Source: a bacterium
GTDB lineage: Bacteria > Zhuqueibacterota > Zhuqueibacteria > Residuimicrobiales > Krinioviventaceae
Assembly: GCA_963675755.2 (NCBI GenBank)
Contig: CAXXMD010000002.1
Location: 352,001 to 416,000, forward strand
DNA length: 64,000 bases
Direction of reading: 5' to 3'
Shown one piece after another: positions 62,042-64,000 of the stretch. The first letter of the stretch is position 1. Each line of letters begins with the position of its first letter. Below the pieces are notes generated by a model, which did no database searches, was not told the DNA's origin, and saw nothing but the letters and a program-made list of their open reading frames with translations. Made by a program: the position numbers and the translations under genes.

Positions 62042-62967
62042 ATCTGGAATTGATTTTCTTTTTGTTGATTTTCCCCGGCTTTTTATTTACCAGTATTCTG
62101 GGTATGACAGTCGGTTGGGTTGATCGCAAAGTCTCTGCTCGTTTTCAATATCGTGTAGGGCCACCGTTTTTACAAAACTTTAATGATTTTTTCAAATTGC
62201 TGGGCAAGGAAACCATTATTGTTAAAGACAGTGTGCATTCTCTTTTCATTTCAGCACCGTTTATTGCTTTTGCAGTTTTGGTGTTATTGTCAACCATGAT
62301 TGGAGTTGTTTTATTTTTTGGTCAGGGCTTTGGTGGTGATTTATTTGTTGTCATGTATCTCTTGATGGTATTTTCTGTAATGGTCGTATTAGGAGGTTCT
62401 GCAACCGGTAACGTCTATTCAAGTATTGGTGCAGGCAGAGAGATAAAATTGTTACTTGCCGATGAACTTGTTTTCATCCTGATCTGTTTGGTACCTGTTA
62501 TTAAATCCGGTTATCAACTTGATCTCCTGGGAATACTTACCGCCCAAGCACAAAGTGGAGTTTTTATCAATTCATTTTCCGGTGCAATTGCCTTTGTATT
62601 GGGTCTATTATGCATACAAGCCAAAATGACTCTGCCGCCATTTCATATACCCGAAGCTGAAACTGAAATAGTTGAAGGACCCTTTATGGAATACAGCGGC
62701 CCACCACTTGCTTTCTGGAAATTGAACCATTTTCTCATGTGGGTGATTTTACCATTTTTACTCATTCTGTTGTTTATGGGTGGTTTTCATCTGCAAGGAT
62801 TGGGTATTCTTTGGGCTGTCCTTAAATATCTCCTGATAGTAGTATTGATGATTATCATTAAAAATACAAATCCCCGTATCAAAATAGACACAGCATTAAA
62901 TTTTTTCTGGAAATATGCTACACCCTTGGGACTCGTTGCAATCATTTTAGCCGTGTTAGGAGTGTAA
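62038..62967 (+). CDS. NuoH/HycD/MbhM-like membrane subunit
   Basis: DRKVSARFQYRVGPP, DFFKLLGKE and PFHIPEAETEIVEGPFMEYSG motifs, with multiple TM helices. Confidence 0.93.
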   Translation: MNLELIFFLLIFPGFLFTSILGMTVGWVDRKVSARFQYRVGPPFLQNFNDFFKLLGKETIIVKDSVHSLFISAPFIAFAVLVLLSTMIGVVLFFGQGFGGDLFVVMYLLMVFSVMVVLGGSATGNVYSSIGAGREIKLLLADELVFILICLVPVIKSGYQLDLLGILTAQAQSGVFINSFSGAIAFVLGLLCIQAKMTLPPFHIPEAETEIVEGPFMEYSGPPLAFWKLNHFLMWVILPFLLILLFMGGFHLQGLGILWAVLKYLLIVVLMIIIKNTNPRIKIDTALNFFWKYATPLGLVAIILAVLGV

Positions 62968-62969
62968 AT

Positions 62970-63389
62970 ATGGGATGGTATAATAAACGTCTTGCCAAAT
63001 CGATCTGGGTGTTCCATGTGAGCGCATCACCCTGTAATAATTGTGATATAGAAGTATTGGATCTGTTAACACCCAAATATGATCTTGAAAGATTGGGAAT
63101 CAAGCTGGTTGGCTCTGTAAGGCATGCAGATGTTTTGTTGTTGAGTGGTATTATCAATCAAAAAGTTGCGCCACGGGTAAAGCAACTCTATGATCAGGCC
63201 CCCAAACCCGTGTTTGTTGTAGGGGTAGGTACTTGTCCATCCGGAGGGAGTTGTTTTAATAACAGCTATAATAAAGTCATGTCGCGTGAAGATGTAATTC
63301 CTATTGATCTCTATATCCCCGGATGTCCTCCCAAACCGGAGGCTATGATTGAAGGTGTTGCAAAGCTTTTGGAGGTGCTGAATGCCTGA
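62970..63389 (+). CDS. Group 4 [NiFe]-hydrogenase small subunit (NuoB/HycG/MbhJ-like)
   Basis: CNNCDIE, YDLERLG, RHADVLL, VGTC and YIPGCPPKPE motifs. Confidence 0.93.
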   Translation: MGWYNKRLAKSIWVFHVSASPCNNCDIEVLDLLTPKYDLERLGIKLVGSVRHADVLLLSGIINQKVAPRVKQLYDQAPKPVFVVGVGTCPSGGSCFNNSYNKVMSREDVIPIDLYIPGCPPKPEAMIEGVAKLLEVLNA

Positions 63390-63813
63390 TGTGAAATCTT
63401 TTATCGACAAAATGGGTGATCGAATAACCAATACGGTTGAAAAACCGTTGCGACTTTATTTTGAGGTTCCTGCTGAACATGTAAAAGAAGTAACCGGTTA
63501 TCTGTTTAATGAACTGGGGTGCAGGTTATCAACAGCAACTGCTACCGAAGTCTATCGGGGTATTGAAGTTTTATACCATTTTTCTGATGATAACAGCGGT
63601 CAGTATTATTGTCCCCGCATCGTTATGACAGATAAAGAGAATCCAACAATGCCATCCATTACACCCATTGTTCAAGGGGCTGAATGGATTGAAAGAGAAA
63701 TGAACGAGTTTTGGGGCGTAACCTTTACTGATCATCCCAAGCCCGAACGCCTTTTGTCAAAAGATCATCCCGAAAATCTGGATAAACCCTTACGCTTCAG
63801 GAGGCTGTCATGA
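63382..63813 (+). CDS. NuoC/MbhK-like subunit
   Basis: EVLYHF, PSITP and AEWIEREMNEFWGVTFTDHP motifs. Confidence 0.9.
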   Translation: MPDVKSFIDKMGDRITNTVEKPLRLYFEVPAEHVKEVTGYLFNELGCRLSTATATEVYRGIEVLYHFSDDNSGQYYCPRIVMTDKENPTMPSITPIVQGAEWIEREMNEFWGVTFTDHPKPERLLSKDHPENLDKPLRFRRLS

Positions 63814-64000
63814 ATGTTAATGGAACCACCAATACTGTTCCTGTAGGGCCTTTTCATCCGCTTTTGGAAGAAGCTGAATATTTTAACATCGTTGTTGATG
63901 GTGAAACCATTGTAGATATTGATATTGATATTGGTTGGATGCACAGAGGCCATGAGTATCTTTCTGAACAACGTACTTTTACCCAGTCTATATATCTGGT
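63810..64000 (+). CDS. Group 4 [NiFe]-hydrogenase large subunit / NuoD-like, 3'-truncated
   Basis: Not in the ORF track. ATG at 63810 (SD AGGAGG, ATGA overlap) reads MNVNGTTNTVPVGPFHPLLEEAEYFNIVVDGETIVDIDIDIGWMHRGHEYLSEQRTFTQSIYL, open to the window end. Confidence 0.9.
   Translation, partial: MNVNGTTNTVPVGPFHPLLEEAEYFNIVVDGETIVDIDIDIGWMHRGHEYLSEQRTFTQSIYL

Noticed and set aside
59656-63813. TGA stops in the hydrogenase operon as selenocysteine codons
   Set aside because: They fall at natural protein ends and overlap the next start codon. All expected Cys motifs are already encoded as Cys.

Overview
AT-rich bacterial chromosomal window. The organism is probably an anaerobic FCB-group bacterium outside Bacteroidota (KSB1/Calditrichota-like). 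This is inferred from T9SS/FlgD-type C-terminal tails, PorV-family barrels, canonical TTGACA-17-TATAAT promoters and Shine-Dalgarno sites. 1-16.6 kb: GH106-like hydrolases, PEGA and FISUMP surface proteins, a frameshifted cysteine synthase, tRNA-Leu(CAA), pgk, an erythrin-VIT1 iron exporter, an LVIVD-repeat protein and tRNA-Sec. 16.7-57 kb: a large foraging region with GH2 beta-galactosidase, a GH5 endoglycoceramidase-like enzyme, three secreted phosphoesterases, a LacI regulator and a ceramidase-like protein. Its core is two parallel SusD-less modules, each made of a TonB-dependent receptor, a PorV-family barrel and a large partner protein with a distinctive variant C-terminal sorting domain. 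The second module adds two parvulin-type foldases and a protein with tandem DOMON/CBM9-like domains. A C10 protease/beta-helix paralog pair follows. 57-64 kb: a sensory [FeFe]-hydrogenase-histidine kinase fusion, a promoter flanked by two Rex-like operators, and an operon joining an AsrAB/HydBG-like NAD(P)-reactive module to a group 4 membrane-bound [NiFe]-hydrogenase-like complex (truncated at the window end). No CRISPR array, integrase, transposase or rRNA was seen. All family assignments come from motif recognition by eye, not database searches.
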